A stretch of 63,565 nucleotides of DNA, the filler included, from Octopus bimaculoides (taxonomy: Eukaryota), in the NCBI RefSeq assembly GCF_001194135.2. It is 6 parts of 6 records of this genome, joined end to end, with 100 filler letters (N's around TTAATTAATTAA, not from the genome) between each part and the next. Parts side by side here need not be neighbours in the genome. Positions count along the whole stretch, not along the records: positions 12,914 to 42,776 come from NC_068996.1; 5 more parts are not named here. One strand, 5' to 3'. The position numbers were made by a program, and so were the translations under genes. Below the pieces are notes generated by a model that saw only the letters and a list, made by a program, of their open reading frames with translations, did no database searches and had not been told where the DNA came from. Below are positions 13,393 through 24,770 of the stretch, one piece after another; position 1 is the first letter of the stretch; every line of letters begins with the position of its first letter.

Positions 13393-14012
13393 CTGTTAAT
13401 GAGTGTGTAAACATACACACGCGCACGTGTGGCATTCACCGCTTGACAACCGGTGCTGGCTTGTTTACGTACCAGTAACTTAGTAGTTTGGTAAAAGTGT
13501 CCGATACAATAAATACCAAACTTTAAAATAAGTATTGAGGTCGATCTGTTCGACTAAATCCTTCAAGAACACACCAACGTAACCACAGTCCAGTGAAACA
13601 ACTCTGTAATTTTGTTTCTAATTCAATACTACAGCTACTTATATAATAAGCTATCTCAATATTTGGAGACTATAGGAGTAGCTGTCACGAATAAAATGGA
13701 ATTTGCTAGTATTTGTTGATATTTTTTTCATTTTACAACATTCCACATAATAAACCACACGTAAATGTTTCCTCTGCTCCTAATACACGTGCTTTTAAAA
13801 TAAAATATTTATTCCCTATAGTAAATATCACGTTTTCATTTCAATGTATCAAGTAAATACCAAACACAATGTAATGTATACATTCTATATTTAGAATTTA
13901 CGCCGCAATTCTCCACACGTTTACCACATTTTCATGTATATATATATCTTAAGGCCGGCGAGGAAACATGAACGCGGTCACTTGAATTGTTAGAAATAGC
14001 AGTCAACTCGCC

Positions 14013-14390
14013 AGAGTGGCTGTGTGGTAAGTAGCTTGCTTACCAACCACATAGTCCCGGGTTCAGTCCCACTGCGTGGCATCTTGGGCAAGTGTCTTCT
14101 ACTATAGCCTCGGGCCGACCAAAGCCTTGTGAGTGGATTTGGTAGACAGAAACTGAAAGAAGCCTGTCGTATATATGTATATATATATATATATGTATGT
14201 GTTTGTATGTCTTGACAACCGATGCTGGTGTGTTTATGTCCCCGTAACTTAGCGGTTCGGCAAAAGGGACCGATAGAATAAGTACTAGGCTTCCAAAGAA
14301 TAAGTCCTGGGGTCGATTTGCTCGACTAAAGGCGGTGCTCCAGCATGGCCACAGTCAAAAGACTGAAACAAGTAAAAGAGTAAAAGAGTA
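14013..14390 (+). mobile_element. tRNA-derived SINE family A, full length with internal microsatellite
   Basis: A box TGGCTGTGTGG, B box GGTTCAGTCCC, 5' module ending gaaagaagcctgtcg, (TA/TG)n core, 3' module ending gactgaaacaagtaaaagagt. Confidence 0.9.
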
Positions 14391-14852
14391 TGTTAAAATA
14401 TGTAATCAAAAATACGCTGAATAAAGGACGGAAAGGTTATGGCTGGAACGCCTTTCACTTTAGGTTGCTGACTAAATTTATCTCACATGCCATATTCTTC
14501 ACGTAAAAAAAAAGAGCAATTTCTGCTGGTTAACCCAACATCTACGACTGATCCAATTTAGAACGGAGAAATTTTCTACAGCATCCCACGTCAGCCATAC
14601 ACTTCCCAATTAACAACTAGTAATTTGTAAATCTCACTCTACAAGACAATTATGAGTTGCTGCCATGAAGGCAACCACACCATACAATTATTCCTGTATA
14701 TAACTATATGCTAATCAATGGTATTGTTAATTTATATTATGAAGTCAAGCATTTGGCATTTATTTATTTATTGTTTCTTAATGCAAGGACTTCGAATATA
14801 AATAATTTCGAGCCTGTCCTAAAAACAAAATCATTCTATACATTCTCTTTAC

Positions 14853-14967
14853 CTTTATCAGCCGCTTCGATGTGGTCTTCTACCCAAGATATAAAATCAG
14901 CGACATACATCTTATCAATTTTCAACAGGAGCGACTTGAATTCTTCGGTGGCTTGTTGCAGGTCCAT
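14853..14967 (-). CDS. First coding exon of spliced gene A (unknown product): MDLQQATEEFKSLLLKIDKMYVADFISWVEDHIEAADK + 1 nt, phase-1 donor
   Basis: ATG at 14967-14965 on the minus strand, 38 open codons of protein-like amphipathic sequence, then donor AAAG|GTAAAG; lies in a CpG-rich promoter-like island. Downstream exons were not identified with confidence. Confidence 0.6.
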
Positions 14968-15221
14968 TTCAGAAACACGTGTACTTCGCAACCAAACATA
15001 TGATATAATTGTTATTCAACTTTCGCAGTTTAGAGTCGACGCCGTTTGCGCATGCGCACAACTTCACACCTCTTAAATGTATGACCTTTCTTTGCCAATG
15101 GCATCGCTCTGGGTGATCTTAGTACTGTCTTAGAGTACGGCTGTACCAGGAGTCCCATGCTAATCTATAGGCACGCTGTGGCTGCGTATGTAGGACCCCT
15201 GGACACATATAACTATTGAAG
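14968..15221. promoter_or_regulatory. Bidirectional promoter between divergent genes A and B
   Basis: 254 bp between opposed ATGs; perfect palindrome TGCGCATGCGCA (NRF1-type site) at 15047-15058; CCAAT at 15095-15099; AAGATGGCG (YY1/Kozak-like) at the gene B start; CpG retained locally. Confidence 0.6.
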
Positions 15222-15275
15222 ATGGCGCTTTGGGTGTACTACTTTACGATATGTTTTGTTTCATCATTTAAAGGG
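15222..15275 (+). CDS. Gene B exon 1, signal-peptide-like MALWVYYFTICFVSSFKG
   Basis: GAAG ATG GCG start context, 18 hydrophobic codons, phase-0 donor GGG|GTGAGT at 15276. Confidence 0.6.
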
Positions 15276-17226
15276 GTGAGTTTAAATCATGGGAGATTTG
15301 ACAAAATGAGCACCGGCCTCATAATAGAATGCTTAGTATCAGGCAAAATGCTTTTTGGTACCTTTCGTTCTGAGTTCAAATGCCGCTATAGTCAACAGTG
15401 CTGTTATCGATTGAATATTTTTATATAATGCATCCTTGATGTGAATAACATGATAAAAAAAAAGAAAAAAGACTAAATGTGTCCCCAACACAATTCGACT
15501 TTCTCGTACAACATGCCGACGTTAACAACCAATGTTTACTATAAGAAACTATAATTTCATTTTGGTCGAATGCCGAAATGGAATTAGCGATGTGGTCGGA
15601 GATGGGAAATAATTGCGATATTTAATTCCATTTTTTCATATTCTGCAAAGGCAGACTGTTTTTTTTTTTTTCACTCTTCCTGTATCACTCAAGTTATTTA
15701 TTTCTAAAGTTTTATTTTCAACGTCAATTACTCAATAATTTATCGGAGTTATTCGTTTTAGAATGGCTATTGTTAAAACCTCACTTCTAGCTATATATAT
15801 ATATATATATTCATATATATAAAAAAAATTCTTTGGATTTTTATATTTTGAGCATAAGAGATTCAGAAAGTGAAAAATGTTTTTTAAAAATCAAAATTGG
15901 TTTGAGTTAGCCGANNNNNNNNNNNNNNNNNNNNNNNNNNNNNNNNNNNNNNNNNNNNNNNNNNNNNNNNNNNNNNNNNNNNNNNNNNNNNNNNNNNNNN
16001 NNNNNNNNNNNNNNNNNNNNNNNNNNNNNNNNNNNNNNNNNNNNNNNNNNNNNNNNNNNNNNNNNNNNNNNNNNNNNNNNNNNNNNNNNNNNNNNNNNNN
16101 NNNNNNNNNNNNNNNNNNNNNNNNNNNNNNNNNNNNNNNNNNNNNNNNNNNNNNNNNNNNNNNNNNNNNNNNNNNNNNNNNNNNNNNNNNNNNNNNNNNN
16201 NNNNNNNNNNNNNNNNNNNNNNNNNNNNNNNNNAAAGAATATAACGGAACGCTGAACTCCAAACTATCAACTTAAACAACACTTTATTTAGGTGGTAAAT
16301 ATATACATCTTTAGTTCTTGTTGTTACAGCTTTTGTTGTTGGGACGTTGTTATGTAGGTGTGAGCGAGCTGTCGAGCGTAAGTCCGAAAGATGTAGAGAG
16401 ACAGCTTAACACGTAAAGAGGCTGTCTCCAGAGTTCGAATGTTAGAGACACTCTTGACACGTCCATTGCTCTATGCTGGCCAGCAAGAAAGAGAATGAAT
16501 TGAGCGGGAACGCTTGGTTGTTTAATTCTACGCATGCGTGAGACTACGCATGCGCACGGCGTTACTACAGGTGTCACACATGAAACTTTCTATCTTTGAG
16601 TCACTTCTGTAACCTTTCAACCAATTTTGTTTCTCCTGTACCAAGCATATAGATAAAATATTTATATTTGAAATCTCCAAGTATATTTTGTTCACATTTC
16701 AAAGTTTCTGTTTCTGTTTTTGTTACAATTTATTAAGGCTGAATAATGTACTTTCAAATGCAAACAATGGTAGAATGTTTGTCATGTATACAAGAGATGT
16801 AGGTTCAAGTTCCATGGGTTGCCTTCAACTTTTTCTATCAACACAATATTTATATGCTTTTATTAAAAGCTTTATTACAATAAAAGAGTTATATCCTGCT
16901 ATCAACAGACACATTTTCCCAATCCCAGGCAAAAATTAAAATCATCAGTGTCCTCATTGTTGGACTCAAATTACATTCACACATCCATTGCTAATAGATG
17001 CAGCTTTTATTTCTAAAATTTTTTTTTCTTCTTCTCACTTTAGAAATGGTTGAAAAAGTTGAGAGAGGAGACAATACTTTTGTAGAGCACTAGTTCATGC
17101 CAATCAATCAAGTAACTTTATTTTCAAATCAAAGGCCCCTTTTAATTATTCAATTAATCAGTAACTAATTTTTTAAAAATAAATGGCTTATAAACATCTT
17201 CCACGCTGCAATTGTTTTCGTTCCAG

Positions 17227-17276
17227 CACACGATCTCAGATCAGGTCGCTTGCTATGCAAGTACATCCCCAAATAG
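17227..17276 (+). CDS. Gene B exon 2: HTISDQVACYASTSPN(R)
   Basis: Acceptor attgttttcgttccag, 50 nt open in phase 0, donor AG|GTATAA (phase 2); phases match exon 1 and exon 3. Confidence 0.6.
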
Positions 17277-17956
17277 GTATAATTTTCATTTTTATTAGTT
17301 TTGTTTTTTTCCTAACATGGATTATGATTAAGAAGGGAGGTTACTCTATAGAAATAATGATGAAATTTAACTCGATATGTCCAGTAGTTGCAAAATAACA
17401 CGTTTTGTTAAAAGTTTTAACTCTTAAGGTGGAACACAAGTAATGAGTCGACTAGAATCGAGATTGTTTTAAAGAAAACTGTTGTAGAAATGGAACTTGC
17501 CATCGCTGGTATTATGTTGATTTCATATGCTATAAAAGTCAGGTATATTTGTTTGTTTATTAAATTACTTTTTTACTAAAATTGCGAAACTGCATTAGCC
17601 CCAAACTTTATAACATTAATTATTAAACCAATGTTTGTTTCTAATATTTGTTTACTTTAAATTATTATTTAAGGCAAACACAAGTAAAACGCAAATTCTT
17701 TTCACTTTAATGTTTTTGTCTGTATTCGTAATCTCCGACATCTAAACTGTAGGAATCCGGAAAATAGTTGAACCGAAGACGGAAAAAAAATCAAAGAAAA
17801 CACACTCTATCTAATAAACAGAATTACAAGAATGAATTTCCTTTCACAATTGAATATTAACTTTATTTGACGTATCCCTAAAGTTATCTATTCAACAACA
17901 GGCAATCTTTGACACTTATATCGAATGATCGCCAACTTTTTTATAAATTGTACCTC

Positions 17957-18250
17957 CAAAGCCTTGTAAGTGGATTTGGTAGACGGAAACTGAAAGAAGC
18001 CCGTCGTATATATGTATGCATATATGTGTGTGTGTGTGTGTATGTTTGTGTGTCTGTGTTTGTCCCCCTAGCATTGCTTGACAACCGATGCTGGTGTGTT
18101 TATGTCCCCGTCACTTAGCGGTTCGGCAAAAAGAGACCGATAGAATAAGTACTAGGCTTACAAAGAATAAGTGCCGGGGTCGATTTGATCGACTAAAGGC
18201 GGTGCTCCAGCATGGCCGCAGTCAAATGACTGAAACAAGTAAAAGAGAGT
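17957..18250 (+). mobile_element. SINE family A, 5'-truncated (other partial copies near 503, 3728, 13432, 18493, 30795, 35066, 35570, 36276 plus; 33540, 34850, 38278, 61673 minus)
   Basis: Near-identical 3' two-thirds of family A; the others share the head or 3' module. Confidence 0.85.
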
Positions 18251-19225
18251 AGTCTATGATATTAAGGTTTATGTTATAATGAAATAAGTTGTAGTTTATG
18301 ATAGTTATGATTACGAGGTACTTGTATTTATGGAAATTTTCAAGATGTGTATTTGGAATTTATGTTATGAATATAACGAAATTGTTTCATTGTTAGTTTT
18401 TACTAAACTACAAACAAACATTTTATTTCAAAAATTTTACATGTACATATATGGTGTCCACCGATGATAAGATAGCTCTCAGAGAGTCCACATAGGCGTA
18501 GGAGTGGGTGTGTGGTAAGTAGCTTGCTTACCAACCACATAGTTCCTGGATCAGCAAGTGTCTTCTACTATAGCCTCGGGCCGACCAAAGCCTTGTGAGN
18601 NNNNNNNNNAGCATGGCCACAGTCAAATGACTGAAACAAATAAAAGAGTAAAAGAGAAACAAAATAAGGGATAGATGATTACATTTGACTCCAGTGTTCA
18701 ACTGGTACTTTATTTCATCAACCCCGAAAGGATGAAAGGCAAAGTTGACTTCAGTGGAATTTGAAGAGCATCTTTCAGTGGAACTATGCTAACCTCATTT
18801 CTTTTAACAGTACTACTCAAATACTGCTCATTTCAAGTAAATTCTACCACACTACACCTCCACTGAACCGAAGAGGCATTCATTTACAGTCATTCCAAAT
18901 GCTGGCTCTCACTCTGGGGACTTCTGGCGAAAGTACATGCTTAGCCAAGCTAAAACTGACTCTTCTCTTTTGGACCACATTAGGAATACACACACTGTTT
19001 TCTGTGTTACCTCCAGTTATAAAAAGTTGGTACTATACATTGTAACTAGCACTCACAGTAGGTACCCCCAGCCTATACATATATATATATATATTCCTGG
19101 AATTAGCGCGCCAAAACGAAGACTTTTGAATTTTACCATTAAGCTGTAATTAGCAGAACCATATGCACGCCCACCAATGGCGGTGGGCAACTCTGTATAC
19201 GATTCTGATGAATACGATTCATTAC

Positions 19226-19290
19226 AAATCAGGCTGATGAGGAATAGACAAATGGTAAGAATTTGTTAAATCCGAAACTAGTTCCTGTTT
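19226..19290 (+). ncRNA. Type I minimal hammerhead ribozyme motif with canonical core
   Basis: Stem I CAGG/CCTG (+AAA/TTT); CTGATGA 19234-19240; 13-position stem II GGAATAGACAAAT/ATTTGTTAAATCC with 2 mismatches; GAAA 19274-19277; palindromic stem III AACTAGTT; GUU triplet ending 19283. Confidence 0.75.
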
Positions 19291-19787
19291 AATAATGCTT
19301 GTTTAGGTGATTTTAAATGTCTTGCCCGCTCACGTTTTTGGTATGCTGCTATATTTCATGTTGAGAACAATTTAGGTTTTAATAGACACAAGATGTGATC
19401 TATTTCTAGNNNNNNNNNNNNNNNNNNNNNNNNNNNNNNNNNNNNNNNNNNNNNNNNNNNNNNNNNNNNNNNNNNNNNNNNNNNNNNNNNNNNNNNNNNN
19501 NNNNNNNNNNNNNNNNNNNNNNNNNNNNNNNNNNNNNNNNNNNNNNNNNNNNNNNNNNNNNNNNNNNNNNNNNNNNNNNNNNNNNNNNNNNNNNNNNNNN
19601 NNNNNNNNNNNNNNNNNNNNNNNNNNNNNNNNNNNNNNNNNNNNNNNNNNNNNNNNNNNNNNNNNNNNNNNNNNNNNNNNNNNNNNNNNNNNNNNNNNNN
19701 NNNNNNNNNNNNNNNNNNNNNNNNNNNNNNNNNNNNNNNNNNNNNNNNNNNNNNNNNNNNNNNNNNNNNNNNNNNNNNNATATATAT

Positions 19788-20150
19788 AGGTGCAGGTGTG
19801 GCTGTGTGGTAAGTAGCTTGCTTACCAACCACATGGTTCTGTGTTCAGTCCCATTGCGTGGCACCTTGGGCAAGTGTCTTCTACTATAGCCTCGGGCCAA
19901 CCAAAGCCTTGTGAGTGAATTTGGTAGATGGAAACTGAAAGCAGCCCATTGTATATATGTATATGTATGTGTTTGTCCCCCAACATTACTTGACAACCGA
20001 TGCTGGTGTGTTTATGTCCCTGTAACTTAGTGATTCGACAAAAGAGACTGATAGAATAAGTACTAGACTTACAAAGAATAAGTCCTGGGGTTGATTTGCT
20101 CAAAGGTGATACTTCTGCATGACCACAGTCAAGTGACTGAAAGAAATAAA
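19788..20150 (+). mobile_element. SINE family A, full length
   Basis: Collinear with the 14013-14390 copy, with CpG decay. Confidence 0.88.
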
Positions 20151-20249
20151 AGAATATAATGTAAATAAATTGAAAAATTGTGGAGCATGTAAGCCAAAAA
20201 TTTCAGTTTGTAAAAATATAATAGGTTTAACATTACTAAAATATTAATC

Positions 20250-21190
20250 GTCATCATCATCATTGTCGTTTAACATCTGCTTTCCATGCTAGCATTGGTT
20301 GGACGATTTGACTGAGGACTGGTGAAACCAGGAGGCGACACCAGGCTCCAATCTGATTTGGCAGAGTTTCTACAGCTGGATGCCATTCCTAACGCCAACC
20401 ACTCAGAGAGTGTAGTGGGTGCTTTTACGTGTCACTTGCACAAAGGCCAGTCAGGCGGTACTGGCAACGGCCATGCTCAAAATGGTGTATTTTACGTGCC
20501 ACCCGCACAAGAGCCAGTNNNNNNNNNNNNNNNNNNNNNNNNNNNNNNNNNNNNNNNNNNNNNNNNNNNNNNNNNNNNNNNNNNNNNNNNNNNNNNNNNN
20601 NNNNNNNNNNNNNNNNNNNNNNNNNNNNNNNNNNNNNNNNNNNNNNNNNNNNNNNNNNNNNNNNNNNNNNNNNNNNNNNNNNNNNNNNNNNNNNNNNNNN
20701 NNNNNNNNNNNNNNNNNNNNNNNNNNNNNNNNNNNNNNNNNNNNNNNNNNNNNNNNNNNNNNNNNNNNNNNNNNNNNNNNNNNNNNNNNNNNNNNNNNNN
20801 NNNNNNNNNNNNNNNNNNNNNNNNNNNNNNNNNNNNNNNNNNNNNNNNNNNNNNNNNNNNNNNNNNNNNNNNNNNNNNNNNNNNNNNNNNNNNNNNNNNN
20901 NNNNNNNNNNNNNNNNNNNNNNNNNNNNNNNNNNNNNNNNNNNNNNNNNNNNNNNNNNNNNNNNNNNNNNNNNNTTTCGCTTTCGCTTGCCCCAATAAGT
21001 CTTTGCAAGCTGAGTTTCATGTCCAATGAGGGAGACGACGTTGGCATGGGTGCCAGTCGTCAAATTTTACTTAACTTCGATATCACTTGCCTCAACAGGT
21101 CTTCGCAAGTGGAGTTTAGTGTCCAATTTAACTCGATTTCAATTTCACTTGCCTCAACAGGTCTTCGCAAGTGGAGTTTAGTGTCTTGGT
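20250..21190 (-). mobile_element. Young RTE-subfamily 3' end spanning an assembly gap
   Basis: Same tail as the 24330 copy; sequence right of the gap matches 24680-24770 and 38040-38190. Confidence 0.8.
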
Positions 21191-21765
21191 TTCATATATT
21201 GAAATGGTAAAAGTTTTAATTAGTTGTCGTTAGCTCTGGGTCAACCCTAATACAACCAACGTATCATTAAAGACATTCCATCTGTGACCAGCCCATGAGT
21301 TACATTGAATAAGATCCATTAAATTACTAATTCTCAAGTAAAAAAAAATTAAGTACAGGTAAGTTGAAGAATTGATAAATGTCAAAGACATTGCTAGATC
21401 TTGTTGTTTCACAATAGGACAGCCCTGATCCAATAAACCAATGAACAAAGATCCAGCTATGATCATTCCATTTTTTTCTTGTCCAAGGAACCTAGGACCA
21501 CAATATCCAATGTGTCTTTTTTTTTTAAGATGGTAGGGTGTGATTTGAGGGAGATTTGACTGCTGTTTCCAGCAATTGATGAACCACATAGTGGCTCCCT
21601 TATTTGTTCAACTGGTAGAGGTATGCAGAAGAAGTATAACAAGCACAGAGAAATAGTCAAGCAGTGTAGTTACATAGTCACATAGTTATATGTGGTTGAG
21701 ATAGATAATAAAGATGTTAAAAATATGTAGTTTAGTCAAATATGACTAAGTATGGCACTCACATA

Positions 21766-21966
21766 GGTGAGCTGGCAGAAACATTAGCACGCCAGGCGAA
21801 ATGCTTAGCGGTATTTCGTCTGCTGCTACGTTCTGAGTTCAAATTCCGCCGAGGTCGACTTTGCCTTTCATCCTTTCGGGGTCGATAAATTAAGTGCCAG
21901 TTACGTACTGGGGGTCGATGTAATCGACTTAACCCTTTGTTTGGCCCCTTGTGGGTAGTGAAGAAA
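21766..21966 (+). mobile_element. tRNA-derived SINE family C with a perfect 19-bp TSD
   Basis: TSD taagtatggcactcacata at 21747-21765 and 21967-21985; central gtcgactttgcctttcatcctttcggggtcgataaattaagt resembles the Nin/Deu-type conserved SINE domain (recall-based). Confidence 0.9.
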
Positions 21967-22559
21967 TAAGTATGGCACTCACATACTCAGTGAGAAAAGA
22001 TGTACGGCAAAAAGATCCAAGATTGCCATCATGGAAACATTGCCTGCACCCCCACTTAACCCTTTAGCATTCAGATTACTCTGTCAAATTTAATGCTTAT
22101 TAATTAACATGGATTTGAATTAATCCTGAATTATTTTATAACTTTGAGATTTCAATGATGTGATTGTATATTTTTAGAATGACATTGTAGGGTAAGTGTA
22201 AGAGGCCACATTTCGACAGTTTGAACATAAAACAGGTTGAATATTTGGGCTAGATATGGCCAGTTTAAATGCTAAAAGTAAAGATGACCCCTTAGTTCTA
22301 TAAAGCAAACCCCGTTTTAAAGTGATCTAAATTTTAAAAAAAACCTTCAATCAAAATTTCATGTTAAAAGTTAATTTATGAAATTCTTCTTTATTTTCAA
22401 AAGTAATTGAAACAAAAGCTGTGTATTTCAACAGAAATATGGTAATAGATGGTTAAACTGATGTGAATATAAAAAAAAATATGGAGGATATTATTGAATT
22501 AAGTATCTTTCTATTGATTCCATTGATGATCCACTTTAAATTTTTTGTTGTTTTTACAG

Positions 22560-22604
22560 GTTAAAGAGTAACAGCTATAAAACAATCATAAAACAATTAA
22601 TAAG
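22560..22604 (+). CDS. Gene B exon 3: (R)LKSNSYKTIIKQLI(R)
   Basis: Strong acceptor ttttttgttgtttttacag, 45 nt open only in phase 2, donor AG|GTTAGT. Confidence 0.55.
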
Positions 22605-24089
22605 GTTAGTTTGTTTATTATCACCATGGAATTATAATCATTTCATTAAAATTTATTTCTTAAATTCAGTTTTTGTTTCCAAATTTATGTATAAAATCAT
22701 CATCATCATTTTTTTAACATCTACTTTTCATTACTTGCAAGGGTCAAGTAGAATCCACTCCAACCACACTTCTATAATTGAGCTGCTGTATAGTTCCTCT
22801 ACATCAGAAGTTCTCAGAATGGGCAGTACCAACTGCAAGGGGGCACTGGGCATGTTGTAGGGGGTGGTGAGGTAACATAATTAACATACTAAATTTTAAT
22901 AGTAATTGTATTATACATGATAAAATAGTAATGGTTATCAAAATAAAATGAGATTTCATCAGGCACGGGGAAGTCATTAACTTGCAATGCATCTGTCTGT
23001 ATTAATTTTTTTTTACCATTTCACTGTTAAAAGCTTATACAATCCATTTTTAAAGTAAAATTTATAAATTATCATCCATGTTAAGTTAGTTTAGTCATGA
23101 TATCTCACTTGCCACTTAGGTGGACGTTAGGCGTGACAATTATTTTAAAAAATGGGGTGCTACAAAGCACATTAAGAACTACTGCTCTATATCAAGAAAC
23201 CTGTTCTTTTTTGGTCCCTTCTTTCACATCTTAACCTCTTATATTCTAGCATAAAGCTACCATTCTTCCTACTTTAGCACCACTCAATTAAAGGGTATCT
23301 TGGTCTTGTATGTTACATGGTGATTTCACTAATGTTGGTGTCATGAAAAAAGCACCCAGTACACTCTGTACTGTGAGTGGCATTAGGAATGCCATCCAGC
23401 CATATAAACCATTCCAGGCAGATATTAGAGCATGATGCAGTTCTGTGGGATATGTCAGATCCTGTCAAACTGTTCAACCTATGCTAGCATGGAAAATGGA
23501 TGTTAAGTGATGATGATGACAAATTACATATAATTTGTATGTGTGTATGTATATATTTATTTATACTCATACTGATGTACATAGATATATACATGCAATA
23601 CATAAAGATCTGAAAGCAGAGATTAAGGAGAATCATTAGGACACCAGAAAAATGCTTAGAAGCATTTCATCCATCTTTACATTCTAAATTCAGATTTTGC
23701 CAAGGTTAACTTACCCTTTCATCCTTTCGGGATCAATAAAATATGTTCCAGTTTGTCACTGAAACTGATGTTATTGACTTACCCCGCCTCCTTGAAATTG
23801 CTGGCCTTGTACCAAAATTGGAATACAATTGTTGTTATTATAATTGTAATTGTGGAGATGACAGTGAATGACAAGCGAAATAGAGACAGACAGACAGATA
23901 TATATATAGAGAGAGATAATGAAGGAAAGAGAGACAGAAACCATAACAAATGTTAGTTGAAGTGATAACAGTGAAAAATAGAAAAGGAAAGGAACAGAAT
24001 GAGATGTTGTTGAAGCAGTCTAGATACTTAATTGTGCACGGGTACACACAAGACCCATCCAAAACAGCAGAATTGATACTGATGTTGGT

Positions 24090-24325
24090 GCCACATAAAA
24101 AAAAACAGTGGTACTAGTGCCATGTTAAAAGCATTGATACTGGTCCCACACAAAAATCTCCTGGTGCACTCTGTGGAATGGTTGGCATTAGGAAGGTCAT
24201 CCAGCCATAGAAACTATGCCAGAACAGACAATGGAGCCTGGTGTAGACCCTGGCTTTACCAGTCCTCAGTCAAACCGTCCAACCCATGCCAGCATGGAAA
24301 ATGGACGTTAATTGGTGATGATGAT
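24090..24325 (+). mobile_element. Older RTE-type 3' end (further plus copies near 5480, 23330, 25080, 28640, 30190, 30310; minus copies near 270, 2815, 22700, 30415, 33260, 35465, 35945, 36425, 36830)
   Basis: ggttggcattaggaaggtcatccagccatagaaac...ccatgccagcatggaaaatggacgttaa + (gat)n; the other copies were recognised by eye from the same motifs. Confidence 0.8.
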
Positions 24326-24329
24326 CTTC

Positions 24330-24770
24330 ATCATCATCATTTAACGTCCGCTTTCCATGCTAGCATGGGTTGGACGATTTGACTGAGGACTGGTGAAACC
24401 GGATGGCTACACCAGGCTCCAATCTAATTTGGCAGTTTCTACAGCTGGATGCCCTTCCTAATGCCAACCACTCAGAGAGTGTAGTAGGTGCTTTTACGTG
24501 TCACCTGCACGAAGGCCAGTCAGGTGATACTGGCAACGGCCACGCTCGAAATGGTGTATTTTATGTGCCACCTGCACAAGAGCCAGTCCAGGGGCACTGG
24601 CAACGATCTCGCTCGAAAATCCTTACACATGCTGCCGGCACAAGTGCCATAAAGGCGATGCTGGGCACAGGTGCCATCCCGATTTCGCTTTCGCTTGCCC
24701 CAATAAGTCTTCGCAAGCTGAGTTTCGTGTCCAATGAGGGAGACGACGTTGGCCTGGGTGCCAGTCGTCA
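24330..24770 (-). mobile_element. Young RTE-subfamily 3' end
   Basis: catcatcatttaacgtccgctttccatgctagcatgggttggacgatttgactgaggactggtgaaacc is near-identical to copies at 12590, 20250, 35465 and 35945. Confidence 0.85.

Noticed and set aside
14853-14967. Hunch that gene A is the N-terminus of an uncharacterised methyltransferase-like family
   Set aside because: Only vague recalled resemblance; the expected downstream motifs were not found in 1-14.8 kb, so no name is assigned.
16915-16955. CTGATGA...GAAA on the minus strand
   Set aside because: No stem II and the would-be cleavage triplet is AUG.
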